This document shows, piece by piece, positions 55,296 through 64,000 of a stretch of 64,000 bases of DNA. The stretch lies in IMG/VR virus record IMGVR_UViG_3300010429_001449; one strand, 5' to 3'. The position numbers were made by a program, and so were the translations under genes. The stretch comes from a virus. Its lineage: Duplodnaviria; Caudoviricetes. Below the pieces are notes generated by a model, which saw only the letters and a program-made list of their open reading frames with translations, did no database searches and was not told where the DNA came from. Numbering within the stretch: the first letter of the stretch is position 1; each line of letters starts with the position of its first letter.

Positions 55296-56100
55296 CGTCT
55301 ACGTAAAACTGTTCTTTATCAATACCAACCGCACGTCGGCCAAGTTTCCGCGCCGCCAGCAACGTTGTACCGCTGCCCGCAAAGGGATCGAGCACAACGT
55401 CTCCTGACCGCGTAAACAAGCGAATGAACCAAGCGGGGAGCGACTCCGGAAACGCAGCGCTGTGACCTACATTCTTCGTCTCAGCGGCTAGATGAAGCAC
55501 GTTCGTGGGGTAAACCAATGATCTTCCGCACCAGTTATCCACTTTCTTGCCAAAACCACTGCCTACACGAGACTCGTCTCGGCGTTTATCAACTTCGCTG
55601 AGCGATTTCAGGCGGGCGTCGGCCCACTCCCCGACAGGCTCCATCACAGCGTCTTGGTACATGGCAAATTCGCGCTGTTTGTTGAACTGCAAACATCGCT
55701 CCCACGCATCGCGGAAACGATTGGGCCACTTGCCGGGATAACAGCTACGCTTGTGCCAGACGAATTCTTCCGTCCACAACCAACCCTGTTTCCTCAGCGC
55801 GAGGATCAGTTCCAGCACATAAGGATGCCGCTCGCCATTAATGGCTTTCTCTTTGATGTTCAAGATGAATGTGCCTGTCGGAGACAGAACGCGCAAGAAT
55901 TGTTCGCTCTTGGGCAAGAACCAAGCTACGTAGTCGTCAGGACGGACGCCCCCGTACGTGCGTTTTCTTGCGTCGGCGTAGGGCGGCGAAGTCATTATCA
56001 ACGAATAGACGCCGTCAGAGTGCGCTCTCAACACCGACTCACAATCGCCGCAATAGAGTTTAGCTGCTGCCACGCGATTCTCCTGCCTCCAAACAAACAA
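55234..56100 (-). CDS. N4-cytosine (beta class) methyltransferase
   Basis: GDC, TSPPY, HSAAFP, DPFAGSGTT. Confidence 0.92.
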   Translation of the reverse strand: MFVWRQENRVAAAKLYCGDCESVLRAHSDGVYSLIMTSPPYADARKRTYGGVRPDDYVAWFLPKSEQFLRVLSPTGTFILNIKEKAINGERHPYVLELILALRKQGWLWTEEFVWHKRSCYPGKWPNRFRDAWERCLQFNKQREFAMYQDAVMEPVGEWADARLKSLSEVDKRRDESRVGSGFGKKVDNWCGRSLVYPTNVLHLAAETKNVGHSAAFPESLPAWFIRLFTRSGDVVLDPFAGSGTTLLAARKLGRRAVGIDKEQFYVDVARARLAAEGLGEETDADPR

Positions 56101-56391
56101 TACTATTCCAACGAATCAAAGCATTCCGGTTCCGACGGCGGCGTTAAGACAAGAGCGCGACTCAGGAGAGCGTCTTTAACACACTTAGGACAGAGAAGCC
56201 GCCCGTCGGAGGTTTCCGCCCATCCCTCCCGAGCCATGTGTTCCGCCATAGCCCATGCAGTGCCGCCCACCCAATGCTCACGATCACCGGAATGGGAAGG
56301 CTTATTGCTGCAAGACGCGAGGTAGTGACCGTCCTTATCACGGACGTGCTTGTGCAAGTGTTTGCCGAGAAGAGTCTGGTTGTTCACCGCG

Positions 56392-56970
56392 TTACCCGTT
56401 CATACACATCGCTATGCCGACACCGTTGTCAAAGCGGAACCAAAGAACTTCGTTTTGCACTATGCGCCACTGCACGACGCCGAGGGCGTTCAAGAACGAA
56501 ACAATGCGCCCGGCGAACTTGATGCCTTTAATGCGTCTCGACGGCCCCATCGAATCCTTACCGCTGCCGCCACAACCAGAGCAAGACGCCTCGCCTGAAC
56601 CGACGTAACCGTCGCCGTTGCAACGCTTACATTCAATCTCTTGTCCGCATTCGGGGCATTCGTCGTCGCCTGTACCATCGCAGTCCGGACACCCCACACG
56701 ACCTTCGCCTGTACCATCGCAGACCCCGCAATCATCGGCGGTATCGGTGTCGGAGATTTCCCAGGGGATATTGCCGGGCGTCGCGTCGTTACCATCGTCG
56801 TGCTTGGCAAGCATCCTCTTCATGTCTTGCTTCGTGAGACGGGACGACTGCAACAGCGCAACGGGCGTATCTAGGCGGACAAGCCACGTTCCGTCTGTTA
56901 TGAACGTTCCGTCACTGTACAGCAAGACTCCATCACGAGCGTACTTGATCCAATCGAAAGACATGAGCAT
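56392..56970 (-). CDS. protein with DnaJ-type CxxCxGxG zinc fingers
   Basis: CGVCDGTG, CPDCDGTG, CKRCNGDG, CSGCGGSG. Confidence 0.75.
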   Translation of the reverse strand: MLMSFDWIKYARDGVLLYSDGTFITDGTWLVRLDTPVALLQSSRLTKQDMKRMLAKHDDGNDATPGNIPWEISDTDTADDCGVCDGTGEGRVGCPDCDGTGDDECPECGQEIECKRCNGDGYVGSGEASCSGCGGSGKDSMGPSRRIKGIKFAGRIVSFLNALGVVQWRIVQNEVLWFRFDNGVGIAMCMNG

Positions 56971-57383
56971 CTCCTATCCCGAACAACCACAATCGAAACA
57001 ACAAGGTTTCTTCCCGCCGCCAGCGCGGATTGCCCGTCCGCCGGTCAACCGACCGCAGCCGTAACACGGGCGCAAGTGCGCTATCCAACGAAAGAACGCG
57101 ACAACCTTGCGCCAACCTACAGGCTTTTGGGCGTAAAACGACATTACTTCTGAGAAGGTCTCCGCCATTATGCGCACGGACGCCCGTCCTTCCCCGATTG
57201 CTGTTGAAGCGAAGCAACAAATCTTTGACACTGCCGAAGCGCCGAATCAACGGCGCAATACTCGCATGGTACCATTCCCACCGAAGCATCACATCGGCAG
57301 TATTCCTTACGGAACTCAAGCCCGCCGCCATTGTTGGCGCGGATCGCCAAATCAATCGCGTCCAGTAAGCGGTCTAGCATGAC

Positions 57384-57860
57384 TCAAAACTCCTTCTCGA
57401 ACCAGACGTGTGCGCCGCCACTCTTGCAGCCGAACTTTCTTACCCAACCGACCAATCGCTCCTTGTCTGCGGCAACGACAGCGGAAAAGTACCATGCACC
57501 TCTATCTCTGAGAATATTCTCGAACGTCGTCAACAAGCTGTGGCCAAGGTTTCTGCCCCGATACTCAGGACGAACAAACAGCCCGTCCAGATAGGCCCAC
57601 GCGCAAGAGATTCTCTTGGCAAACAGAAATCCCACACGCTCAACCTTGTCGCTGCCTTCTTCGTAATTGTAAACAATCAGGACGATGTTGTTTGCTCTGT
57701 CCCGAACCCATTCCTCAACTTCCTCTCGAAGGTACCAACGGACCTTTTCATCTCCTCCGAAGTCAGGATGCCTGTTCATCTCCAGAATCGCGTCCACGTC
57801 AGCACCGTCACCTGCACAAGTTATGAGGAAGCGCGGCTCAGACATACGTAACCTCGTCAT
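57384..57860 (-). CDS. GNAT acetyltransferase
   Basis: Motif A LFVRPEYRGRNLGHSLL. Confidence 0.85.
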   Translation of the reverse strand: MTRLRMSEPRFLITCAGDGADVDAILEMNRHPDFGGDEKVRWYLREEVEEWVRDRANNIVLIVYNYEEGSDKVERVGFLFAKRISCAWAYLDGLFVRPEYRGRNLGHSLLTTFENILRDRGAWYFSAVVAADKERLVGWVRKFGCKSGGAHVWFEKEF

Positions 57861-57914
57861 CCTGACCTGCCTCTTTTACGGCGCGGTCGAGCAGTTCGCG
57901 TATGGTGGCGGTCG

Positions 57915-59625
57915 TCATTGTTTTGCTCCTGCGTGTACGGATGCCAGATCAATTGAGAGCTTTAGCATCTCTCCGAGACCCGCCGTGACCAGCGACGTGA
58001 AATGTTGTCGGAGCAACGCGGCGTGTTTCGGACAAAACCAGATTCGGCGAGGCGAATCAACAACGGTCATCCATCCGGCAGCCAGTCCGGCATCGTCTGA
58101 GAACGACTCGGAGCATCCATCGACACAGCATTTAACTTGCATCGTCGTCTCCCTTGTAATCATCTCCCACAGGGTAGATCACCGCACGATCAGAACAAAC
58201 CAGAGGTTGCACAACTGTATCAGGAACATCGCGCTGAACGCAGTATATGAAAACAGATTGGCGTTCACTCGCCACAGTCATAAAAACAGACCTCACAAGA
58301 CCGACATTTTTATCCGGCCACATCACTGTAACCGAGTAATGCTGTCCACATATGTGATATTCTGTACACGGACAGAACTTTACGTGCCACGGAACTCCCT
58401 TTGCCGTAAGCTTATTGTGGCGGTAATCGACAGGTTCCAGCGATCTTTCCCTGAACGCCATTACCAGAGCGCTCTTGATACTGTCTGCATAAGCCTCCGT
58501 AGGCGCAATGACTAAAACAGATTGGCCCCGACGCTGTATGATATCAATAAGCAAAGACGGAAGAAGCGAGTCGTCCCGAAGGAGAACAGTACAATCTGAC
58601 GCCAGAATGAATTCCCTGAGAGCGGTATTCAAAGCAGCCGTACTGCCTATCGAAAAAGTCGGCATTATTTTTGCCTTCAGAAAAGGTTTCCCTGTGAGTC
58701 AACCAGCCCTTCGTAGCCGCAATCCTCACACTTCGCGTGGACACTGCAACCATCGAAGCCGATCTCTCTTATCCGCATATGCCAACCGATCCGGCAACGC
58801 AGCTTCTTCGGGAGCAGCCACGGAAGAATTACGACGCCAACAGCGACAAGCACGAACAAAATCAAAAACAGGATCGGATTAATCATCAGTTACTCCTGCT
58901 ACTCCGCCGAACGCGAGAGAATCCACGGGATGTACCACTTATCCCAGTAGTACCTGAGAAGAAAAGCCAGCGTACCGACCAGCAACATCAGCAGCAAAAC
59001 CACAAGCTGTTCCTTCCATGAAGGTTTCTTCGTCGGCATAAGTGTCTCCTGAAAAAGGCGGCTGGACGGGACTTACGTTTCCCATCTTGGGCAGTAGCGA
59101 GCATCTTGTACCCTGGCCGTCGTTCGCTCATTACCGGAGCGTGCCCGTAGCCATCCCGGTCCGCCGGGCCGCAGCCGCCAGAATTGCTCAAGAGTTCGCA
59201 ATCTTCACTGCGAGCTTGACAATGGTATCCTCTAGCTGCCGGACGCGGCGATCCGCGTCTTCCGCAGCAGCGCACAGCTTGTCCGTGTCCTCCTTCTGAC
59301 GGGCGTAGCATTGCGCAAGTTGCGCGGCGGCGCTTTCGGCATCGTGCAGCTTGCCTTCCAGCAACGTCACTTCGTGCGCCAGCTTGTTAAGCTCAATTAG
59401 GCCGATCCATCCTTGCTTCTTCTTGTTGGCGTCAACACGAGCCATCAACGCCTTGATAGCTTCTGTTGCAGAAGAAGGGGCAGCGAAGGATTGCTCCTTG
59501 CACCAACCCTTCTCCTCTAAAAAACGCGGATCGATTGAGGCCAAGATTTCTTCGTAGTTCATCATTTGTGCTGTTCCTGAAGATACGCCACTGCTGAAAA
59601 CATCGTTTTGATCTTCGCGGTTCAT
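57915..59625 (-). other. several small hypothetical CDSs (57915..58163, 58132..58665, 58677..58886, 59188..~59625)
   Basis: Contiguous minus-strand ORFs. Confidence 0.45.
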
Positions 59626-59740
59626 CGGCTCTCCCGCTCCGATCCCGTTAATTGTCAAACCAGAACACAATGCGGACGTTCTTAGACCCGCCACACTCGT
59701 ACGCACGGTCAGTCCGTTTTTCGATCTTTCGCCCGTCATC

Positions 59741-60178
59741 TCAGTGAATCCAAAACCCTCTCGACTTGACCAGCCATTCGGAGAACGCCCCGAACTTGTC
59801 CAGAAAATCCGTGCGCGTGACAACAAGCGGCCACTTTCGGACAGCGGTATCGTCCTGTGTTATCGGGCCGTCCGCCTGTTTTGAGGCTTGGGTTTGCTCT
59901 TTCAGAGCGCACTTTTGAATCCGAACAAAGTTCTTGATGAGCCGCGCCATGATACGCGCTTCTTCGGCACTGACGTAGAATCCGTCGTTCGTCATGATAG
60001 GAGGACACGAAGACGGGTCTTTTGTGCCCCAGCACGGATCGTTGAGCGCGTAAAACTCAACAGCCCCGAAGACGGCGGGCCACAGATAATTGCACGCTTG
60101 CAGTGCTACGGGAAAGGAAAACGCGCCCAAGTAGAAGCCGCCAGCGGCCTTGTTTCTCGGAACGAAATCATATCCCAC
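59741..60178 (-). CDS. phage hypothetical protein (MGYD type)
   Basis: AGGAG RBS; flanked by direct repeats. Confidence 0.65.
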   Translation of the reverse strand: MGYDFVPRNKAAGGFYLGAFSFPVALQACNYLWPAVFGAVEFYALNDPCWGTKDPSSCPPIMTNDGFYVSAEEARIMARLIKNFVRIQKCALKEQTQASKQADGPITQDDTAVRKWPLVVTRTDFLDKFGAFSEWLVKSRGFWIH

Positions 60179-60193
60179 GGCAGAAGGCTCCTG

Positions 60194-60742
60194 TTAGTTG
60201 TCGAACCAGAACACAATGCGGACGTTCTTCGGCCCGCCGTGCTCATCGGCCAGTTTCTGGAGTTCGGGAAGCGTTTTCGTATAGAAAGCACCTGCCGCGT
60301 CCTTGTAGGTGATGGGCCAACGAATCGTTTCGTAGCCGGGCGCGTTTGTCCAACCACACCAACTATTTGGAAGCTCGCCTGTTTCTCGAAATCGCTGCGC
60401 AGCTTCCTTGTCGACCATGCCCTGCTTGGTCGTGGTCTGAGTCCAGTCGTAGGCCAACAATTCTTCGAGCGTCAACCACGAAAAGGAGTGCCCGTAGCCG
60501 CGCCAATGCTCAGCGGAGCTACGAACCTCATTCGACATGTCCGTAGGCACTCCTTTCTGATCGCTGATAGGAACAAAACCATCGCCGGTTTTGCACCCCG
60601 CAAAACCACTGCCGTTGCGAACGTCCGCTAAGATGGCGAACGCATCATAATTGCGCCAGTCGTACTCAACGTCAGGGCAGAACACCCAACAACCCTTAAT
60701 GGGGTCGAAGGTCTCTACGTACAGGTGAATGTCGCAACCCAT
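60194..60742 (-). CDS. phage hypothetical protein (MGCDIH...RIVFWFDN type)
   Basis: GGAGG RBS; RNY..FAILADVRN..HSFSWLTL.EL. Confidence 0.75.
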   Translation of the reverse strand: MGCDIHLYVETFDPIKGCWVFCPDVEYDWRNYDAFAILADVRNGSGFAGCKTGDGFVPISDQKGVPTDMSNEVRSSAEHWRGYGHSFSWLTLEELLAYDWTQTTTKQGMVDKEAAQRFRETGELPNSWCGWTNAPGYETIRWPITYKDAAGAFYTKTLPELQKLADEHGGPKNVRIVFWFDN

Positions 60743-60744
60743 CG

Positions 60745-61710
60745 TTATTCCGGCCTCCCTACCGTGACTTTACTTCCCAGCGACGCCAATCGTCGCTCCA
60801 TCACATTGATGGCGTCGGGATTGTCGTCTATCAAAATGACATCCCGCCCGTTTCTCGCAGCGGCTTCTCCAAACGTGCCGCTTCCCGCGAAAAAATCAAG
60901 CAGCAGGTCGCCCGGCCTGCTGTGAATCTTTACAATCCGCTCGACGATTCCTAAAGGCTTCTGTGTGGGGTAGCCGGTGCGCTCTGCGCCCTGCGTGGGC
61001 ACGATTGTATGCCACCACACGTCTGTCGGCGTTTTGCCTCTGGCGGCCTTCTCCGGGCCTACCAGACCAGGAGCCATGTAAGGGATTCGATCCATTTCAT
61101 CGTAGTTGAACGTGTAATTGTTCGGGTCTTTCGCGTACCAGAGGATGTTGTCGTGCTTGGCGGGCCATCGGTTCTTTGGCCGACCACCGTAGTCATACGC
61201 CCATATGATTTCATTGATGAAACACTCGCGCCCGAAAATGGCGTCGAGGGCTACTTTGGCGTAGTGGACCTCGCGGTAGTCAAGATGAAGGAAGAATGAG
61301 CCGTCCGGAGCAAGCAACCGCCACGCTTCCAACAGTCGGGGGCGAAGGAATGCCGTGAGATCGTCAAAGGTATCTGCAAAGCCGCCCGCATGAAGTTCCC
61401 GCTGCTTGCCGGTGTTGAACGGCGGATCAATGTAGATGAGATTGAACTCGCCGTCGTGGAACGTCCTCAACAACGGAAGGTTGTCGCCCTGGTAAATCTC
61501 GATGGTACTCACGTTCTGGGGCATCCTTGCTTGCAAACAATCCGAATTCGGTCGTCGTCCGGCGCACGAAACGGCACACGAACGGGTACGTAGCGGAATG
61601 AGTAACGCCATAACAACACCCGAAGGTATTTCACGAACAGCCAGACGTGTATTCGGTCGGGGAAGAGCAGCCACCAAATATAGGACGTGTGCTCTGCTTT
61701 CCGCCCGCAC
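60745..61710 (-). CDS. N6-adenine (beta class) methyltransferase (start likely ~61525)
   Basis: GDNL, YIDPPF, NEIIW, GYPTQKP, DFFAGSGT. Confidence 0.92.
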   Translation of the reverse strand: MRAESRAHVLYLVAALPRPNTRLAVREIPSGVVMALLIPLRTRSCAVSCAGRRPNSDCLQARMPQNVSTIEIYQGDNLPLLRTFHDGEFNLIYIDPPFNTGKQRELHAGGFADTFDDLTAFLRPRLLEAWRLLAPDGSFFLHLDYREVHYAKVALDAIFGRECFINEIIWAYDYGGRPKNRWPAKHDNILWYAKDPNNYTFNYDEMDRIPYMAPGLVGPEKAARGKTPTDVWWHTIVPTQGAERTGYPTQKPLGIVERIVKIHSRPGDLLLDFFAGSGTFGEAAARNGRDVILIDDNPDAINVMERRLASLGSKVTVGRPE

Positions 61711-61776
61711 ACGTCGCAGACGAAAGACCAGCGCAGATGGGGCAAGTCAACCGTCGTATTTACCAAGATGTTCTCC

Positions 61777-62445
61777 TCAGATGTGGCAATCCACGATAGT
61801 TAAAAGCGTGTCGTCAGGAAGCGACGCGAACAACTTGTCGAACTCGGCATTCCATACGGCGGGGTCTTTTTCGTTTTTCACGATAGTCCACCATCCCATC
61901 TCGCCGCGCTCAAACCATTCACCGTCTTTGACTACGGCAAAGGGCGTCCAGTTACAACAACGCGCTACGAAAGCTTCCTTCGTGGTAGTCTCATCGATAC
62001 CATAAACGAACGCACGCTCATCGGCAGAAAGCTGCAGCGCGTCTGCCCACCACTTTTCCGCCTTCTCTATTCGATCCTTTTTGAGCAAAGCCAGATCAAG
62101 ATCGCCCTTGCGGAGCGAGGAAATCTTCTCGCCGCGCTTGTTGACGAAATGATCCGCCCATCTACCGCCGACTGTCCACCAATCCCACTTGGACTCCGGA
62201 TTGTAAGTGCGCCACACGAACAACCCCTGATCGTCTATGCCGCCGCCGTTAGGCTCATTCCAATCGCGTATCTTTTCGTGAAGCGCATTCACGTCGGAGG
62301 GCGAAAGGCCGTAGTAAGACGCCATACACGCAATTTCAGCCGAATCAAGATGCTCCTTGTAAGGCTCTATTTGGATGCCTTCATCGTACGGCTCAAGCTG
62401 ACCCGCAACGTCGTCCCCAATCACCAATACTGCGAAATGACTCAT
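61777..62445 (-). CDS. phage hypothetical protein (MSHFAVLV...VDCH type)
   Basis: YNP.SKWDWW.VGGRW; follows the promoter at 62483. Confidence 0.75.
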   Translation of the reverse strand: MSHFAVLVIGDDVAGQLEPYDEGIQIEPYKEHLDSAEIACMASYYGLSPSDVNALHEKIRDWNEPNGGGIDDQGLFVWRTYNPESKWDWWTVGGRWADHFVNKRGEKISSLRKGDLDLALLKKDRIEKAEKWWADALQLSADERAFVYGIDETTTKEAFVARCCNWTPFAVVKDGEWFERGEMGWWTIVKNEKDPAVWNAEFDKLFASLPDDTLLTIVDCHI

Positions 62446-62506
62446 CTATCTGTCTCCTGAAAAGAGGTTTATCGTCACCTTTAGTATAACGGAATTACGG
62501 CATTTG

Positions 62507-63235
62507 TCAAGGGAGATTTCCCGAAATTTCAGCGAGGCGACTATTGGCGTAGGCGCACTGCTCGTCATTCAAATCCCATCCGATACCATTCCTGCCGTGT
62601 TTAACAGCGGCGGCGACGGTCGTTCCGCTGCCGACGAATGGATCAAACACAAGTTCCCCGACGGCGCTGCTTTGTTGAATAAGCAGTTCCATAAGTTCGA
62701 TGGGCTTTTCGGCGGGGCGGCGTCCTTTCTTGCCGTGCGGGACATTCCGTACCGGCAAAACGTCCCGGATTCCCAAGTCGTGGAGCCGCCGCTTTCCTTT
62801 TTCCAGAAGCACCACGAATTCATACGAGGCGCGGTAGTGATAGCCCATTCCTATCAGTATCTTGTCCCACACCAATGGCTTGTGATAATCCCACGCCGCA
62901 AATGCTTCTACGCGGCAGAGGTACTCGAAAGTCTCCCAGTCGCACATTAGGTAGCAATGGCGGTCTGGCCGCAGGATGCGGTGAAATTCGCCTAAAAGAG
63001 ACGGAAGAGCCTCATTCGGAACTTCGGCGAACCACTTGGAATCATCCCGCGACTCAACGTCACGATGCCCCCCAAGCCGCGTTGTTGTCCCGATTGACCG
63101 CCACTTATTGAGACTCGCGTAGGGCGGGTCCGTAACGATGAGGTCCACGCTTTCCGCAGCCACATGAGGGAGCGCCAATAGCGCGTCTTTTTGTTCAATC
63201 TGCCACAAATCTATTGCGGCGAGGGTATTCCCCAA
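62507..63235 (-). CDS. N6/N4 methyltransferase
   Basis: VTDPPY, VWDK, PAEKP, DPFVGSGTT. Confidence 0.9.
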   Translation of the reverse strand: MGNTLAAIDLWQIEQKDALLALPHVAAESVDLIVTDPPYASLNKWRSIGTTTRLGGHRDVESRDDSKWFAEVPNEALPSLLGEFHRILRPDRHCYLMCDWETFEYLCRVEAFAAWDYHKPLVWDKILIGMGYHYRASYEFVVLLEKGKRRLHDLGIRDVLPVRNVPHGKKGRRPAEKPIELMELLIQQSSAVGELVFDPFVGSGTTVAAAVKHGRNGIGWDLNDEQCAYANSRLAEISGNLP

Positions 63236-63333
63236 CCTTATTCGTGGGGAGAAGTCGCCGCCCTCAAAAAAAAAGAAGAAAAATCACCACCAACCGCTCG
63301 ACAACACTGTAGAGTGGTGGTAAAATCCAGTAC

Positions 63334-64000
63334 ATGGAAGTTCAGAGGACAGTCCAGATCGTTATAGAGCCGAGCAAGGAACTTGAAGATACTCTTATGG
63401 CTTTTACGCAAGTATGCAACAAGCTCTCCCCAACGGCTTACAACAATGGAAAGTTTCTTGGGCGTGTTGCTCTTCACTACGCGGCGTACACTATTGCCAG
63501 AGGCGTTTTGTCCAGCCAGATGACTTGCACGGCTATCCGCCTTACGGCGGGAGCATACGCTGCTATCAGAAGGAATAGGCGTAAAACAATCAAACCGATT
63601 TGTTTCAGGAAGCCGAGAGCTATGTTCTTGGTGGGCACACGAGGTAGAGACGCCTCGTTCCGAAGAGACGGGCGGCTCTCGATCTGGACAGTACGCGGAC
63701 GGAGAAAGTTGTCTTATTCCGTCCCCGAATACTTCAAGCCGATGTTGGCTTGCGCCAAAACGGTCGATAGCATCAACGTCATCGAAAAGAACAGAAAGCT
63801 GATCGGCTTTGTGTCGATCACCATTGATGTGCCGGACGCCGTCGGCGTCCATCCCGTAGGGGTTGATCTCAACGAAACTAATCCTGTCGTTGCTGTCGAC
63901 GACAGAGACAGGGAGTTGTTTGTTGCCGGTGCTGTTCAGAAAGAACGGAAAAGACGAATCCGCAAGACCAGAAAACGACTCCAGAAACGGCTTGCTTCTC
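63334..64000 (+). CDS. tnpB: TnpB, paralog of 20248..21417, truncated by the window edge; absent from the supplied ORF track
   Basis: MEVQRTVQIVIEPSKELEDTL...VGVDLNETNP; near-identical DNA to copy 1 from ~63655 onward. Confidence 0.93.
   Translation, partial: MEVQRTVQIVIEPSKELEDTLMAFTQVCNKLSPTAYNNGKFLGRVALHYAAYTIARGVLSSQMTCTAIRLTAGAYAAIRRNRRKTIKPICFRKPRAMFLVGTRGRDASFRRDGRLSIWTVRGRRKLSYSVPEYFKPMLACAKTVDSINVIEKNRKLIGFVSITIDVPDAVGVHPVGVDLNETNPVVAVDDRDRELFVAGAVQKERKRRIRKTRKRLQKRLAS

Noticed and set aside
1-64000. Stop-codon reassignment
   Set aside because: Genes are full length in code 11, all three stops are used, and no suppressor tRNA is present. Ser(TGA) and Leu(TAG) are anticodons, not suppressors.

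Overview
A 64-kb segment of a large tailed dsDNA bacteriophage. The host is probably anaerobic: there is an NrdG-like activase and sigma70-type promoters. Nearly all genes are on the minus strand. Positions 1-23 kb form a late packaging/head-associated module. It contains TerL with a deviant Walker A, a probable TerS, a PI3/4-kinase-like protein, ChaB, ferritin-like, YkgJ and aldo/keto reductase proteins. It also holds a tandem array of ~830-860 aa proteins; three are paralogs with a shared leader and a C-terminal GNAT-like domain, each paired with a ~70 aa partner (fused in one case). Positions 23-64 kb form an accessory/counter-defence region. It carries 18 tRNAs (window total), 11 orphan DNA methyltransferases, NADAR, RNA ligase, Thg1, a pyrimidine-dimer glycosylase, LemA/TPM, PdaD, an HNH endonuclease and DUF1566 repeats with a DGR-like mutagenesis signature. 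The window also has three TnpB genes, 14 near-identical promoters with a fixed 16-bp spacer, a solitary type I-C CRISPR repeat and two promoter-driven candidate structured RNAs. All family calls come from motif recognition by eye; no searches were run.
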